Shown here: positions 22,346 to 31,798 of the stretch, in pieces | Position numbering within the stretch: position 1 is the stretch's first letter | Layout: every line of letters starts with the position of its first letter | Source: a virus | Taxonomy: Duplodnaviria; Heunggongvirae; Uroviricota; Caudoviricetes | Length of the DNA stretch: 51,722 nucleotides | Direction: 5' to 3' (one strand) | IMG/VR virus record: IMGVR_UViG_2579778650_000023 | Program-made: the position numbers and the translations under genes | The notes under the pieces: model-generated | The model's input: only the letters and a program-made list of their open reading frames with translations | What the model was told of the DNA's origin: nothing | The model's database searches: none

Positions 22346-23329
22346 ATGGCAACACGAATTGAATTTCACAAGCACGGTGGCCCGGAAGTACTTCAAGCCG
22401 TAGAGTTCACTCCTGCCGATCCGGCAGAGAATGAAATCCAGGTCGAAAATAAAGCCATCGGCATCAATTTTATCGACACGTATATCCGCAGCGGCCTTTA
22501 CCCGCCGCCATCACTACCCAGCGGATTAGGTACCGAAGCGGCAGGCATCGTGAGTAAAGTCGGCAGTGGTGTAAAGCATATTAAGGCAGGCGATCGTGTA
22601 GTCTATGCGCAGTCGGCGTTAGGCGCTTACAGCTCTGTGCATAACATTAATGCGGATAAAGCGGCGATTCTGCCTGCGGCAATTTCTTTTGAGCAAGCTG
22701 CAGCATCTTTCCTGAAAGGCTTAACGGTTTATTATCTGCTGCGCAAAACCTATGAAATTAAACCCGATGAGCAGTTCCTGTTCCACGCAGCAGCTGGCGG
22801 CGTTGGCTTGATTGCCTGCCAGTGGGCAAAAGCCCTGGGCGCGAAACTTATCGGCACCGTAGGAACCGCGCAAAAAGCGCAGAGCGCGCTAAAAGCGGGC
22901 GCGTGGCAGGTTATTAACTATCGTGAAGAGGATCTGGTCGAGCGGTTAAAAGAGATCACCGGCGGTAAGAAAGTGCGCGTGGTGTACGATTCCGTGGGCA
23001 GAGACACCTGGGAACGGTCGCTGGATTGCCTGCAACGCCGCGGCTTAATGGTCAGTTTTGGCAACTCATCAGGTGCGGTTACCGGTGTGAACTTAGGCAT
23101 TCTCAATCAAAAAGGCTCGTTGTATGTGACACGCCCTTCCCTGCAAGGCTATATCACCACGCGGGAGGAATTAACCGAGGCCAGTAATGAACTGTTCTCT
23201 TTAATTGCCAGCGGTGTGATTAAGGTCGATGTCGCCGAGCAGCAGAAATATCCGCTGAAGGATGCGCAGCGTGCGCATGAGATTCTGGAAAGCCGGGCGA
23301 CGCAAGGTTCCAGCCTGTTGATTCCATAA
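22346..23329 (+). CDS. qor: NADPH:quinone oxidoreductase (327 aa)
   Basis: MATRIEFHKHGGPEVLQAVEFTPADPAENEIQVENKAIGINFIDTY..., MDR/zeta-crystallin family with AAAGGVGL NADPH motif; the six-frame ORF starts upstream. Confidence 0.92.
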   Translation: MATRIEFHKHGGPEVLQAVEFTPADPAENEIQVENKAIGINFIDTYIRSGLYPPPSLPSGLGTEAAGIVSKVGSGVKHIKAGDRVVYAQSALGAYSSVHNINADKAAILPAAISFEQAAASFLKGLTVYYLLRKTYEIKPDEQFLFHAAAGGVGLIACQWAKALGAKLIGTVGTAQKAQSALKAGAWQVINYREEDLVERLKEITGGKKVRVVYDSVGRDTWERSLDCLQRRGLMVSFGNSSGAVTGVNLGILNQKGSLYVTRPSLQGYITTREELTEASNELFSLIASGVIKVDVAEQQKYPLKDAQRAHEILESRATQGSSLLIP

Positions 23330-23337
23330 AAGAAATA

Positions 23338-23375
23338 GGGCTTCCACCTGGGAAGCCCTTTCTTTTTATAGTTCG
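23338..23375 (+). terminator. qor rho-independent terminator
   Basis: GGGCTTCC-acctg-GGAAGCCC followed by TTTCTTTTTAT. Confidence 0.7.
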
Positions 23376-23494
23376 GCTGTATGTAGGGTACAGCACGATG
23401 AATCTGTTAGAGGCGCAATAGTGACAGATTTGATTATCAATTCCTATTTTGTTCTAAGGATAAAACCTTAGGTTGTGATCATCCGCACAATCCC

Positions 23495-23737
23495 TTAGTA
23501 ACGCCAGCGGTCATAACGCTGATATTTCGGCACTTTTGGTGCTTTAATCGCCTTAATAACCCACACCACCGCAATCGCCAGTAGTAACCACGGCAGCAAC
23601 TTAATCATCAATGCCAGCATACCGCCGAGGAACATAATGGCCGTCGCCACAACCAGCGCGGCGATAATGCCCAGCAACGAAACGCCGGTGACCATCAGCA
23701 TGACAAAAAAGCCAATCACAAAAAGTAGTTCCAGCAT
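23495..23737 (-). CDS. pspG: Phage shock protein G (80 aa, membrane)
   Basis: MLELLFVIGFFVMLMVTGVSLLGIIAALVV...KYQRYDRWRY; the true start is internal to the 150-aa six-frame ORF. Confidence 0.85.
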   Translation of the reverse strand: MLELLFVIGFFVMLMVTGVSLLGIIAALVVATAIMFLGGMLALMIKLLPWLLLAIAVVWVIKAIKAPKVPKYQRYDRWRY

Positions 23738-23772
23738 GATGCTCTCCCAAATATGAAATCTCTTGCTGGCAT

Positions 23773-23788
23773 TACAAGAATCATGCCA
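23773..23788 (-). promoter_or_regulatory. Candidate sigma54 (-24/-12) promoter of pspG
   Basis: Minus strand reads TGGCAT-gattc-TTGTA, matching TGGCAC-N5-TTGCA, about 35-50 nt upstream of the pspG ATG; psp genes are known to be sigma54/PspF dependent. Confidence 0.55.
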
Positions 23789-23870
23789 AAAATAATCTAT
23801 TGATTTAACAGCAAAACGCCCCGCGACGGTGCGCAGGGCGTGGTGAATTTGACTACTTTTTGGTGAAAAG

Positions 23871-24863
23871 TTAACGCTTATCCGCCACCAGTTTGAGCGC
23901 GTGTTCCAGCACATTAATGTCTGCACCCGCTTTATGGGCATTTTCACTTAAATAACGCCGCCACTGCCGCGCGCCAGGAATACCCTGGAACAAGCCCAAC
24001 ATATGCCGGGTAATATGGCCGAGATACGTCCCCTGGCTGAGTTCACGCTCAATGTACGGATACATGGCGCGCACTACCGCCACCGGATCGGCATCGGTAT
24101 CCGAGGAACCAAAGATCTCCCGGTCTACTGCCGCCAGAATACCCGGATTCTGATACGCCTCGCGCCCGACCATCACGCCATCCATATGTTGCAGGTGTGC
24201 TTTGGCCTCTTCCAGCGACTTGATACCACCGTTAATCGACATTGTCAGATGCGGAAAGTCACGCTTCAGTTGATACACACGCGGATAATCGAGCGGCGGG
24301 ATTTCACGGTTTTCTTTCGGGCTTAACCCCGAAAGCCAGGCTTTACGTGCGTGGATGATAAACATCTCACACTCGCCTTTGCCGGAAACAGTGTTGATGA
24401 AATCGCAGAGAAATTCATAGCTGTCCTGGTCATCGATGCCAATACGCGTTTTCACCGTCACTGGAATCGACACCACATCGCGCATCGCTTTCACACAGTC
24501 GGCAACCAGCTGCGCATTACCCATCAGACACGCACCAAACATGCCGTTCTGCACCCGGTCAGACGGGCAGCCGACATTCAGGTTGATCTCATCATATCCG
24601 CGCGCTTCTGCCAGCTTTGCACACTGCGCCAGCGCCGCCGGATCGCTACCGCCCAGTTGCAACGCTACCGGATGTTCTTCTTCACTGTACGCCAGATAAT
24701 CACCTTTACCGTGAATAATCGCCCCTGTGGTCACCATTTCGGTATACAGCAACGTATTGCGGGAAAGCAGACGCAAGAAATAGCGGCAATGTCTGTCCGT
24801 CCAGTCGAGCATAGGAGCAATGCTAAACCGAGAATTCCAGTAAACACCAGTTTTTTCAGGCAT
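23871..24863 (-). CDS. dusA: tRNA-dihydrouridine synthase A (about 330 aa; the six-frame ORF allows a start at 24908)
   Basis: [29 protein letters not shown]..., TIM-barrel Dus motifs (NLNVGCPS); the 5' end lies at the prophage junction. Confidence 0.93.
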   Translation of the reverse strand: MPEKTGVYWNSRFSIAPMLDWTDRHCRYFLRLLSRNTLLYTEMVTTGAIIHGKGDYLAYSEEEHPVALQLGGSDPAALAQCAKLAEARGYDEINLNVGCPSDRVQNGMFGACLMGNAQLVADCVKAMRDVVSIPVTVKTRIGIDDQDSYEFLCDFINTVSGKGECEMFIIHARKAWLSGLSPKENREIPPLDYPRVYQLKRDFPHLTMSINGGIKSLEEAKAHLQHMDGVMVGREAYQNPGILAAVDREIFGSSDTDADPVAVVRAMYPYIERELSQGTYLGHITRHMLGLFQGIPGARQWRRYLSENAHKAGADINVLEHALKLVADKR

Positions 24864-24941
24864 CACGCTGGTTTGATTAATTTTTTGTGTTTCATGATTA
24901 TCGTGCATTTTTGAACATTTCAGGCTATTTTTCTCGCGTTA

Positions 24942-24976
24942 GGTTCCCGCACAGGTTCCCACGTTTTATGGGAACC
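24942..24976. promoter_or_regulatory. GGTTCCC direct/inverted repeats in the dusA-int intergenic region (candidate attL-associated recombinase-binding or operator sites)
   Basis: GGTTCCC at 24942-24948 and 24954-24960, inverted copy GGGAACC at 24970-24976. Confidence 0.4.
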
Positions 24977-24996
24977 CGAAATAACGAGGTCGTGTA

Positions 24997-26094
24997 ATGG
25001 CGTACTATAACATAGAGAAACGACTAAAATCCGATGGCACACCACGCTATCGCTGTAATGTGATTATCAAAGAAAAAGGTGTTATCACTTACAGGGAAAG
25101 CAAAACATTCCCTAAACATGCTCATGCCAAAACATGGGGCACACAGAAAGTGATGGAATTAGATCTATATGGCATTCCATCATCAAATGCAGTTGACGGA
25201 CTTACAGTCCGTGACTTACTACACAAATATTTAAATGACCCAAATGCCGGAGGTAAAGCAGGCCGTACTAAAAGATATGTGCTGGAACTGCTTATGGATA
25301 GTGACATCTCCGCGATCAAACTATCTGAACTGACAGAAAATGACGTAATTGAACATTGCAGGCTAAGAAACAACGCTGGTGCAGGTCCAGCTACAGTTAG
25401 CCACGATGTTAGTTATCTTGGCAGTGTTCTGGATGCTGCCAAACCTGTATATGGAATTAATTACACATCAAACCCAGCAAAAGCCGCTCGTCCATATCTA
25501 CTTAAACTTGGGTTAATTGGTAAATCAAATCGTCGTAATCGTAGACCGGCATCTGATGAACTGGACATGCTCATTGAAGGTCTTCAACAACGATCTACAC
25601 ATAAATGCTCAAAAATTCCGTTCGTTGATATCCTCAAATTTTCTGTGTGGTCATGTATGCGAATCGGTGAAGTATGCCGATTACGATGGGAGGATCTCGA
25701 TCAGGAACAAAAATCCATACTCGTAAGAGACAGGAAAGATCCACGTAAAAAGGAAGGCAACCATATGAAAGTAGCCTTGCTTGGGGAAGCCTGGGATATC
25801 GTCCAACGACAACCCAAAAAATCAGAATTCATTTTTCCATATAACAGCACTTCTGTTACTGCGGGATTCCAGAGGGTAAGAAGCAAATTAGGTATTAAAG
25901 ATCTGCGATACCATGATTTGCGTAGAGAAGGGGCAAGTCGCTTATTTGAGGCTGGTTTTAGTATTGAGGAAGTCGCCCAGGTTACAGGGCATCGTTCATT
26001 AAACGTGCTATGGCAGGTATATACCGAACTGTATCCGAAATCTTTACATAATCGTTTTGAAGAGCTCCAAAGGAGCAGAAATAAGACCTCTTGA
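24997..26094 (+). CDS. int: Phage tyrosine integrase (dusA-associated integrase type, 365 aa)
   Basis: Integrase-family C-terminal motifs (MRIGEVCRLRWEDLD; HDLRREGASRLFEAG; QVTGHRSLNVLWQVYTE with catalytic Tyr); positioned at the dusA 5' end. Confidence 0.9.
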   Translation: MAYYNIEKRLKSDGTPRYRCNVIIKEKGVITYRESKTFPKHAHAKTWGTQKVMELDLYGIPSSNAVDGLTVRDLLHKYLNDPNAGGKAGRTKRYVLELLMDSDISAIKLSELTENDVIEHCRLRNNAGAGPATVSHDVSYLGSVLDAAKPVYGINYTSNPAKAARPYLLKLGLIGKSNRRNRRPASDELDMLIEGLQQRSTHKCSKIPFVDILKFSVWSCMRIGEVCRLRWEDLDQEQKSILVRDRKDPRKKEGNHMKVALLGEAWDIVQRQPKKSEFIFPYNSTSVTAGFQRVRSKLGIKDLRYHDLRREGASRLFEAGFSIEEVAQVTGHRSLNVLWQVYTELYPKSLHNRFEELQRSRNKTS

Positions 26095-26142
26095 CACTGT
26101 TTATCCATACAGCTAAAAATAATACTGTATACAAACACAGTA
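26091..26142 (+). promoter_or_regulatory. SOS-regulated promoter with two tandem LexA boxes upstream of the dinI-like gene
   Basis: -35 TTGACA (26091-26096); LexA box 1 CTGTttatccatACAG (26097-26112) in the spacer; -10-like TAAAAA; LexA box 2 TACTGTATACAAACACAGTA (26123-26142). Confidence 0.7.
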
Positions 26143-26155
26143 TAGAGGGACTTTT

Positions 26156-26404
26156 ATGCGTATTGAAATCTGCATAGCCAAAGAAAAAATGACTAAAATG
26201 CCAACCGGTGCTGTGGATGCGTTAAAGGAAGAATTAACCCGACGCATCAGTAAACGTTATGACGATGTAGAGGTGATCGTAAAAGCCACCAGCAACGATG
26301 GCCTTTCTGTTACACGCACCGCAGATAAGGATTCTGCAAAAACTTTTGTTCAGGAGACTCTGAAAGATACCTGGGAATCTGCTGACGAGTGGTTTGTTCA
26401 CTAA
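26156..26404 (+). CDS. DinI-like DNA-damage-inducible protein (82 aa)
   Basis: [11 protein letters not shown]...[18 protein letters not shown] closely resembles DinI (MRIEV...ILQETWESADDWFV); GAGGG Shine-Dalgarno. Confidence 0.85.
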   Translation: MRIEICIAKEKMTKMPTGAVDALKEELTRRISKRYDDVEVIVKATSNDGLSVTRTADKDSAKTFVQETLKDTWESADEWFVH

Positions 26405-26815
26405 TTAACACGTAAAATCGGTAACGGCTGGAAATCATTCAATACTCGCACTATCGAAAGTTCGCCAGCCAGCCGCAGCACGTTCTTGCATACGACGTGG
26501 CTGCGGCTTCCAACATTAGACAAATAACTCTTTAAATTGCTTTCAAATTATTTCGTTTGAATGCCAGTAGCAGGAAATCGTTTATATAGGGTTTAGAGGA
26601 TGTCATGGGGAAACTGATTAATGTTAAAATGATTACTCCATTAGATAACCTATATCACCCCCTCCGACAACTCTCGGCGCAATAACCAATTTCGTCAGGA
26701 TTCCTCTGGTTTAAACGGTTCATATGCATAAAAACATTATACTCGCGGTATTTCATCCATTACTGCAGAAGGAAAAATGCGCTGGAAATTATCAAAATCT
26801 CCAGCGTACTAGCAA

Positions 26816-27022
26816 TTAACTGACTAACTCATCTTGAGGAGTAACTACATCTGGTTTTAAGGAAGGCTTGATGAATTTTTTACCGTCATATGACCAGCCA
26901 ATACCAACATCTCCAACACATTTAACTATATCCGCTTTTTCTGACTTAAACTCTGACTTACCATCCCATACAACAAGATTTGTAACGACACCATTTTGTA
27001 CGACTGCATAAATATCGCTCAT
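26816..27022 (-). CDS. Small tail-fibre-associated protein (68 aa), function unknown
   Basis: ATG overlaps the tail fibre stop (TAATG), suggesting translational coupling. Confidence 0.45.
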   Translation of the reverse strand: MSDIYAVVQNGVVTNLVVWDGKSEFKSEKADIVKCVGDVGIGWSYDGKKFIKPSLKPDVVTPQDELVS

Positions 27023-28122
27023 TACTGATACTCCCACACAAGAATATATCCCTGATTTCCATTATTTCCTGTCGCTGGACCTGATGACGCCTTATTGTAT
27101 TTACCTGTCCCGCCAATACCGTATATCCCAAGCATAGTAGTGGTTATACTTTCAACGCCAATCGCCTGATCATCACCAAGTCCAAGTGCCCCACATAAAT
27201 TTGATCGTGAAACTGAATGGAACAGAATCCCTTGCCCTGTAGGAATTGGTGCTTCTGTTGCACTTCCCCCTGAAAATGGAGGTACCTGCTGAACTTGAGT
27301 TGATCCCCTTCCTCCCGGACATACAAGCAAATCACCAAAGCTTGTATTCCCGCCGTCACCTCCAGAGCCTCCTGGTCCTGTTCCTGCTACACCACCGCTT
27401 CCAATAGTTACTTGCACGGATTCAGGTATAGACTGATAAAAAAATGCTTTAGCATATGCCCCGTTGGAACCGGCAGCACTTACACCACAGTTACCAGATG
27501 CAGTTGCCGACAAATTACCACTGGCACCACCTCCGCCAACGGCTTCCACTATAATTTTCGTTACACCAGGTGATTTGATATAAGTCCCAGATGATCCAAA
27601 TGCCTGAACCCCCAAAAGCCTTCCTGTTCCATCCCCAAGTGTTAAATATTTTAGAGTTTCCGATACGTTTTTTTTACTTAAAATTTCCCTGCCATTTTGA
27701 GTCAGCGCTGTCATATCCATTGTTCCGGCACCTGTAAAAAATGCCAGCCCATCCGGTATTCCTGTTAAGCTCGACAATGATGTCAGATTATCATTTTTAT
27801 CCTGTTTATCATTCAGAATGTCTGTCATTCCCAGGTTTTCGAGAGCCGTTTGCACAGTGCCATCCGATTTGATATCGCCAAACGGATTCTTGCGGCTTAA
27901 CAGCAGCGCACGAAGCGCGGTAAGAAGCTGATCGTGCCGCCCCTTCTCCAGGCTGGCACCGGATGCCTCCACCACGCTGCAGAGTTCTTCCTGCAACATG
28001 TCAAAGTAGTCATCATCCAGAACGGTGGCAGGCGTGCCGGTCTGGGGGTTACCACGGGTAAAACCGTTCTTACCCGCGCCGAACTTATCCTTCTGCGCGG
28101 TTTTCGTGTCTATACGATGCAT
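27022..28122 (-). CDS. Phage tail fibre protein (366 aa)
   Basis: N-terminus [47 protein letters not shown] is typical of tail fibre N-domains; Gly-rich C-terminal repeats. Confidence 0.8.
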   Translation of the reverse strand: MHRIDTKTAQKDKFGAGKNGFTRGNPQTGTPATVLDDDYFDMLQEELCSVVEASGASLEKGRHDQLLTALRALLLSRKNPFGDIKSDGTVQTALENLGMTDILNDKQDKNDNLTSLSSLTGIPDGLAFFTGAGTMDMTALTQNGREILSKKNVSETLKYLTLGDGTGRLLGVQAFGSSGTYIKSPGVTKIIVEAVGGGGASGNLSATASGNCGVSAAGSNGAYAKAFFYQSIPESVQVTIGSGGVAGTGPGGSGGDGGNTSFGDLLVCPGGRGSTQVQQVPPFSGGSATEAPIPTGQGILFHSVSRSNLCGALGLGDDQAIGVESITTTMLGIYGIGGTGKYNKASSGPATGNNGNQGYILVWEYQ

Positions 28123-28125
28123 GGA

Positions 28126-28710
28126 TTACTCCGGATATTTAAAAATTACGTAGGTATGCGAAGGGCAGAGTTTGTTAAGCACACACTCGACAACGGTGTC
28201 GCCCCAGATACGCAGTGCGGAATCACAGGGATCACCACATGTCATCCAGGTGGTGTTGGTGGCAGCTGGCATGTTGACCTGCCAGTAATACCGCCATTCC
28301 GGCGCATTCACCGCGTCAGTACAGGCCGATGAGCAGGTGAAGGTGCTTTTGTCGTATCGCGTGATGGTGGCATCTGGTCTGCCCAGGGCAGCAAGCTGTG
28401 CAAGATAAAAATCCTCGTTGATGCCGCCCGCCAGGTTAACCTTCGCATCCAGCCGTTGCTGACGCTGGCGAAGGGTCTGTGTCCCTGCGGGAATACATTC
28501 ATCCGGCAGGCCGCACAGACGCTCCCAGCGGTTTATCAGTTCGGTGGTGGTGCGCGGATCCAGCTCCCGCATCAGGGCATCCGCACGCTGATGAACACGG
28601 GTTAATGACGGTGCCGCACCTGCAATCGCCGGATCGCTGGCTGACCACGCCGGACCGGGCGGCAGCAGTGCCGACAACAGACGGATGTAATCATCGTTTG
28701 TCACGTCCAT
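28126..28710 (-). CDS. Phage tail/baseplate protein (Mu gp48-like, DUF2313/YmfQ-like)
   Basis: Position between the baseplate J-like gene and the tail fibre; sequence type recalled from Mu-like prophages. Confidence 0.6.
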   Translation of the reverse strand: MDVTNDDYIRLLSALLPPGPAWSASDPAIAGAAPSLTRVHQRADALMRELDPRTTTELINRWERLCGLPDECIPAGTQTLRQRQQRLDAKVNLAGGINEDFYLAQLAALGRPDATITRYDKSTFTCSSACTDAVNAPEWRYYWQVNMPAATNTTWMTCGDPCDSALRIWGDTVVECVLNKLCPSHTYVIFKYPE

Positions 28711-29759
28711 GAAATCGTCCCCAGAACCGCCAGTTCGTTTTTCGCAATGGAGATATTGTCCACCGGTGCAAGCAACTGATGGCTGTATTCCCCGTTCGCA
28801 CCGGAAATCGCCTCACTGATACGCGACACCTTCAGTTCTCCCTGCGGATAACCATCACGCAGCAGGAACGAACGCAACTCGGCGGTGATGGCAGCCCGTA
28901 TTTCCGGTGTGTCCGGCGTCACGCGGATATGAAAATCCACTTTATGCGCCACCGGCCTGAACACATACAAATCAGAGCCTGCCACCGGGGCCAGTGGCCC
29001 GATATGTTGTCTTGCCGCCGTTTCCGTTGATTCTTCCGGAATGGGATTAATCAGGTCACTGCCGGCAATCATCACACCGACAGTTCCCGTTCCCATCCAG
29101 TGACGGTATGTCCATGCGCGGGTAATGCCGGGCACTTCTTTAGCCCAGACGACATAGTCCCCGTCAGCCCCGCCCTGAGGCGTCCAGTAATACCGCTCAA
29201 TGACGCGGGCGCGCCACGTTTCCAGCTCTTCAGTATCAAATCCGCCTGTCAGGGTATCTGCCACGCCGGAAGACGGCAGACCATTAACCGGCGTGACCAG
29301 GATTAATGACGTACCGTCGTCAGCGTTACCGACCGCTCCTGCACTTGAGCAGGCGATCGGCACGCGCAGGACACCACCGGAGCTGGTTGCATCGGCAGTT
29401 GCCGTGTACTGAACCAGGTCATCGCGCTGAATAACACTCCCGGCGGTCACCTTCAGGCCATCGCTGACATCTTCCCAACGCATATACCCGCTGGCAGCCG
29501 TGGCCCCCTTGCGCGGACACCGTTTCATCGCAGCATGTCGCGCCAGCCAGGACTCATCGCACAGGTCAGGCAGCATATTCATTGCCAGATAATCGATGTA
29601 CCCGTAAACCGTATGCAGCGCCGCCGCATACACCTTTGCCCGCACGTCTTCATCCATGCGCCGGAGCGTGTCGCTGACGTCCAGCCTGGCGAATAAATCG
29701 TTACGGAGCATACTGATATTTTCTGCCAGCGTCGGGCGCTGAAATTCACTGTCCGCCAT
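28701..29759 (-). CDS. Baseplate J-like protein (Mu gp47-like, 352 aa)
   Basis: Size, position and sequence character of the baseplate J family in a Mu-like tail module. Confidence 0.7.
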   Translation of the reverse strand: MADSEFQRPTLAENISMLRNDLFARLDVSDTLRRMDEDVRAKVYAAALHTVYGYIDYLAMNMLPDLCDESWLARHAAMKRCPRKGATAASGYMRWEDVSDGLKVTAGSVIQRDDLVQYTATADATSSGGVLRVPIACSSAGAVGNADDGTSLILVTPVNGLPSSGVADTLTGGFDTEELETWRARVIERYYWTPQGGADGDYVVWAKEVPGITRAWTYRHWMGTGTVGVMIAGSDLINPIPEESTETAARQHIGPLAPVAGSDLYVFRPVAHKVDFHIRVTPDTPEIRAAITAELRSFLLRDGYPQGELKVSRISEAISGANGEYSHQLLAPVDNISIAKNELAVLGTISWT

Positions 29760-30174
29760 GCGTTATCGCACTCCACAGATCATCAAAAGAAATCATTACC
29801 GGTCCGTCACGACGCCAGAGGGTGATACTGTTACCCAGCTCATTAATCCCGGTGCGGCGGATATCCAGATCAATACGGGACACCACGCCGTCATCAATCA
29901 TCCATTGCAGGCATTCGCGGATATACCCCCTTACCGTCTGCACCAGCTGATTGGTCAGTTTGCTGCGCTGAAGCAGCCACAGTCGGGAGCCGTAACGGTC
30001 ATTCTGTACCGCAGGCCAGGTATCCCCCCACCATCCCATCGGGACGTCGGCGTTGTTATCAGGCTCCGCCCGCCGCCAGGTAAACAGGGAAATCACCACG
30101 GCGCGGGTCAGCGGATCCAGCGGTGCGCTGGCGCAGGTGCGTTTACCGTTCACCGTCAGCCACAGTTCCATCAT
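29746..30174 (-). CDS. Baseplate protein (Mu gp46-like, 142 aa)
   Basis: Conserved small baseplate gene position; overlapping start/stop with its neighbours. Confidence 0.6.
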   Translation of the reverse strand: MMELWLTVNGKRTCASAPLDPLTRAVVISLFTWRRAEPDNNADVPMGWWGDTWPAVQNDRYGSRLWLLQRSKLTNQLVQTVRGYIRECLQWMIDDGVVSRIDLDIRRTGINELGNSITLWRRDGPVMISFDDLWSAITHGGQ

Positions 30175-30719
30175 GCCTCCATCGCTTTATCAGGTTTGTC
30201 GGTGTTACTGCCCTGACCGTTCTCTCTGTGACGATGCCCGTTATAGGCAAGCCGCATCGCTGACATGGTAGTGCCGCTGGAGTCGCACAGGTCTTTCACC
30301 TGTCCTGTCACTTCCAGGTCCATTTCAAAACGTGCTTTAGGTGAATTGCGAAACGTGATCGTTTTACCTGCACCGTCCACCACGATCCCCTCCCGGGTCA
30401 GCGTCACGGACTGCCCCTGATCGTCATAGACAGCCACCTCACCCGTCTGCAGCCCTTTCAGGCGGTAGCGCCGGTCCGACACCGTAACAACCACCGCATG
30501 AGAACGGTCGCCATCCGGAAACAACACCACCGCTTCCGCACCGCTGTTTGCCCTTGCGGTAAAACCGTAGGGTTCAAGATGTTCAACCCCGGCTTTGGGT
30601 TCACCGGCAATCAGGGACACATCCACGGTCTGACATTTCGTGGCGGCACTGATGCTTTTCACCACGGCCCGCCCAATCAGGCCGAGGAGTTGTCGCTGTA
30701 TGGTTTCAATCGCCTTCAT
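30171..30719 (-). CDS. Baseplate assembly protein V / spike (Mu gp45-like, 182 aa)
   Basis: Position and size in the Mu-like baseplate module. Confidence 0.6.
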   Translation of the reverse strand: MKAIETIQRQLLGLIGRAVVKSISAATKCQTVDVSLIAGEPKAGVEHLEPYGFTARANSGAEAVVLFPDGDRSHAVVVTVSDRRYRLKGLQTGEVAVYDDQGQSVTLTREGIVVDGAGKTITFRNSPKARFEMDLEVTGQVKDLCDSSGTTMSAMRLAYNGHRHRENGQGSNTDKPDKAMEA

Positions 30720-31798
30720 CAGAACGGGTCCTCCTGTACTCTGGCTTTTTTCTTTTTCCGCGCGCCGGGGGCTTCGGGTTCAGGCAGATAAGCATCAGGT
30801 GGGCCGACACGGATTTCCGTCAGGGTGCCATTCTGGTCCTGAGTAAACGTGACTTCCGAGACAAGCAGTTCGGTATTGTCGAAACCACAGACCGGATCGA
30901 AGACAATCACCCGCTGGTTGGGCTGCCACAGCGTACCGTTACCCTGTCGCCAGCCCTGCACCACATAGGTGGTTTCATCCGTCCGCGCCGCCCGTTGCCG
31001 GGCTTCAAAGTCCGCACGGGCAATACAGCCTGCCCCCGTAGCCTGCCCTGGCTGCCTGATATACATCGGACGGTAACGGGCAATAAATGCGTCCTCTGTG
31101 CGGGCCCGCAGCGCGGTGGTGGTGGCCTCACCGAAATCATCGTCGTTTCCGGCACGCTGCCCCGCCACCTGGTAAACTGAAAACCGCTCCCGGATACTCT
31201 TCTCCGTATCACAGGAAAGGATATTTTCCCCGAGTACCAGCGCAGTATGTGCCCGCGTTGAGCCAATACCGCCAATCACCAGCCTGCCGTGCGGGTCGTC
31301 GTAAGCCAGTGCCTGCTGCTGACCGAGTATTTTGTTGATTACCTCAATCACCGTTTCACCGTGATCAGGCTGAACATCAGGAATAACACCCGACGGCGCA
31401 CCGCTGTTCACCACCTCAATGCCGAAAGGCGCAGCAAGCGCCTGCGCAATCTGCACCAGCGAGCGTCCGTTAAACTGTGTCGGTTCGGCTGCACAGTCAA
31501 TCAGGTCAGCCGTCAGACTGCGTCCGGCAATACCGGTACTGACCGAACGGGCATCGTAACGAACGGGCGTCGCCTCCACCCAGCCGGTGATCACCAGCTC
31601 ATCACCAATCAGTACCTCCACTTTTGAACCGTTTTTAATGCGCGGCTGAAGCGTAGTGATGCCCTCATCTCCCGGCCACTGGCGGGTGATCTCCACACTG
31701 AAATCCCGCGCCAGCCGTTCAATACCGGCACCGATGCGCACCGATGTCCAGCCATTCCACTCCCGGCCATTTACCCGTAGCGTGACATTGTCGTTCAT
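30719..31798 (-). CDS. Baseplate hub protein (Mu gp44 / P2 gpD-like, 359 aa)
   Basis: Position and size downstream of the DNA circularisation protein gene. Confidence 0.65.
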   Translation of the reverse strand: MNDNVTLRVNGREWNGWTSVRIGAGIERLARDFSVEITRQWPGDEGITTLQPRIKNGSKVEVLIGDELVITGWVEATPVRYDARSVSTGIAGRSLTADLIDCAAEPTQFNGRSLVQIAQALAAPFGIEVVNSGAPSGVIPDVQPDHGETVIEVINKILGQQQALAYDDPHGRLVIGGIGSTRAHTALVLGENILSCDTEKSIRERFSVYQVAGQRAGNDDDFGEATTTALRARTEDAFIARYRPMYIRQPGQATGAGCIARADFEARQRAARTDETTYVVQGWRQGNGTLWQPNQRVIVFDPVCGFDNTELLVSEVTFTQDQNGTLTEIRVGPPDAYLPEPEAPGARKKKKARVQEDPF

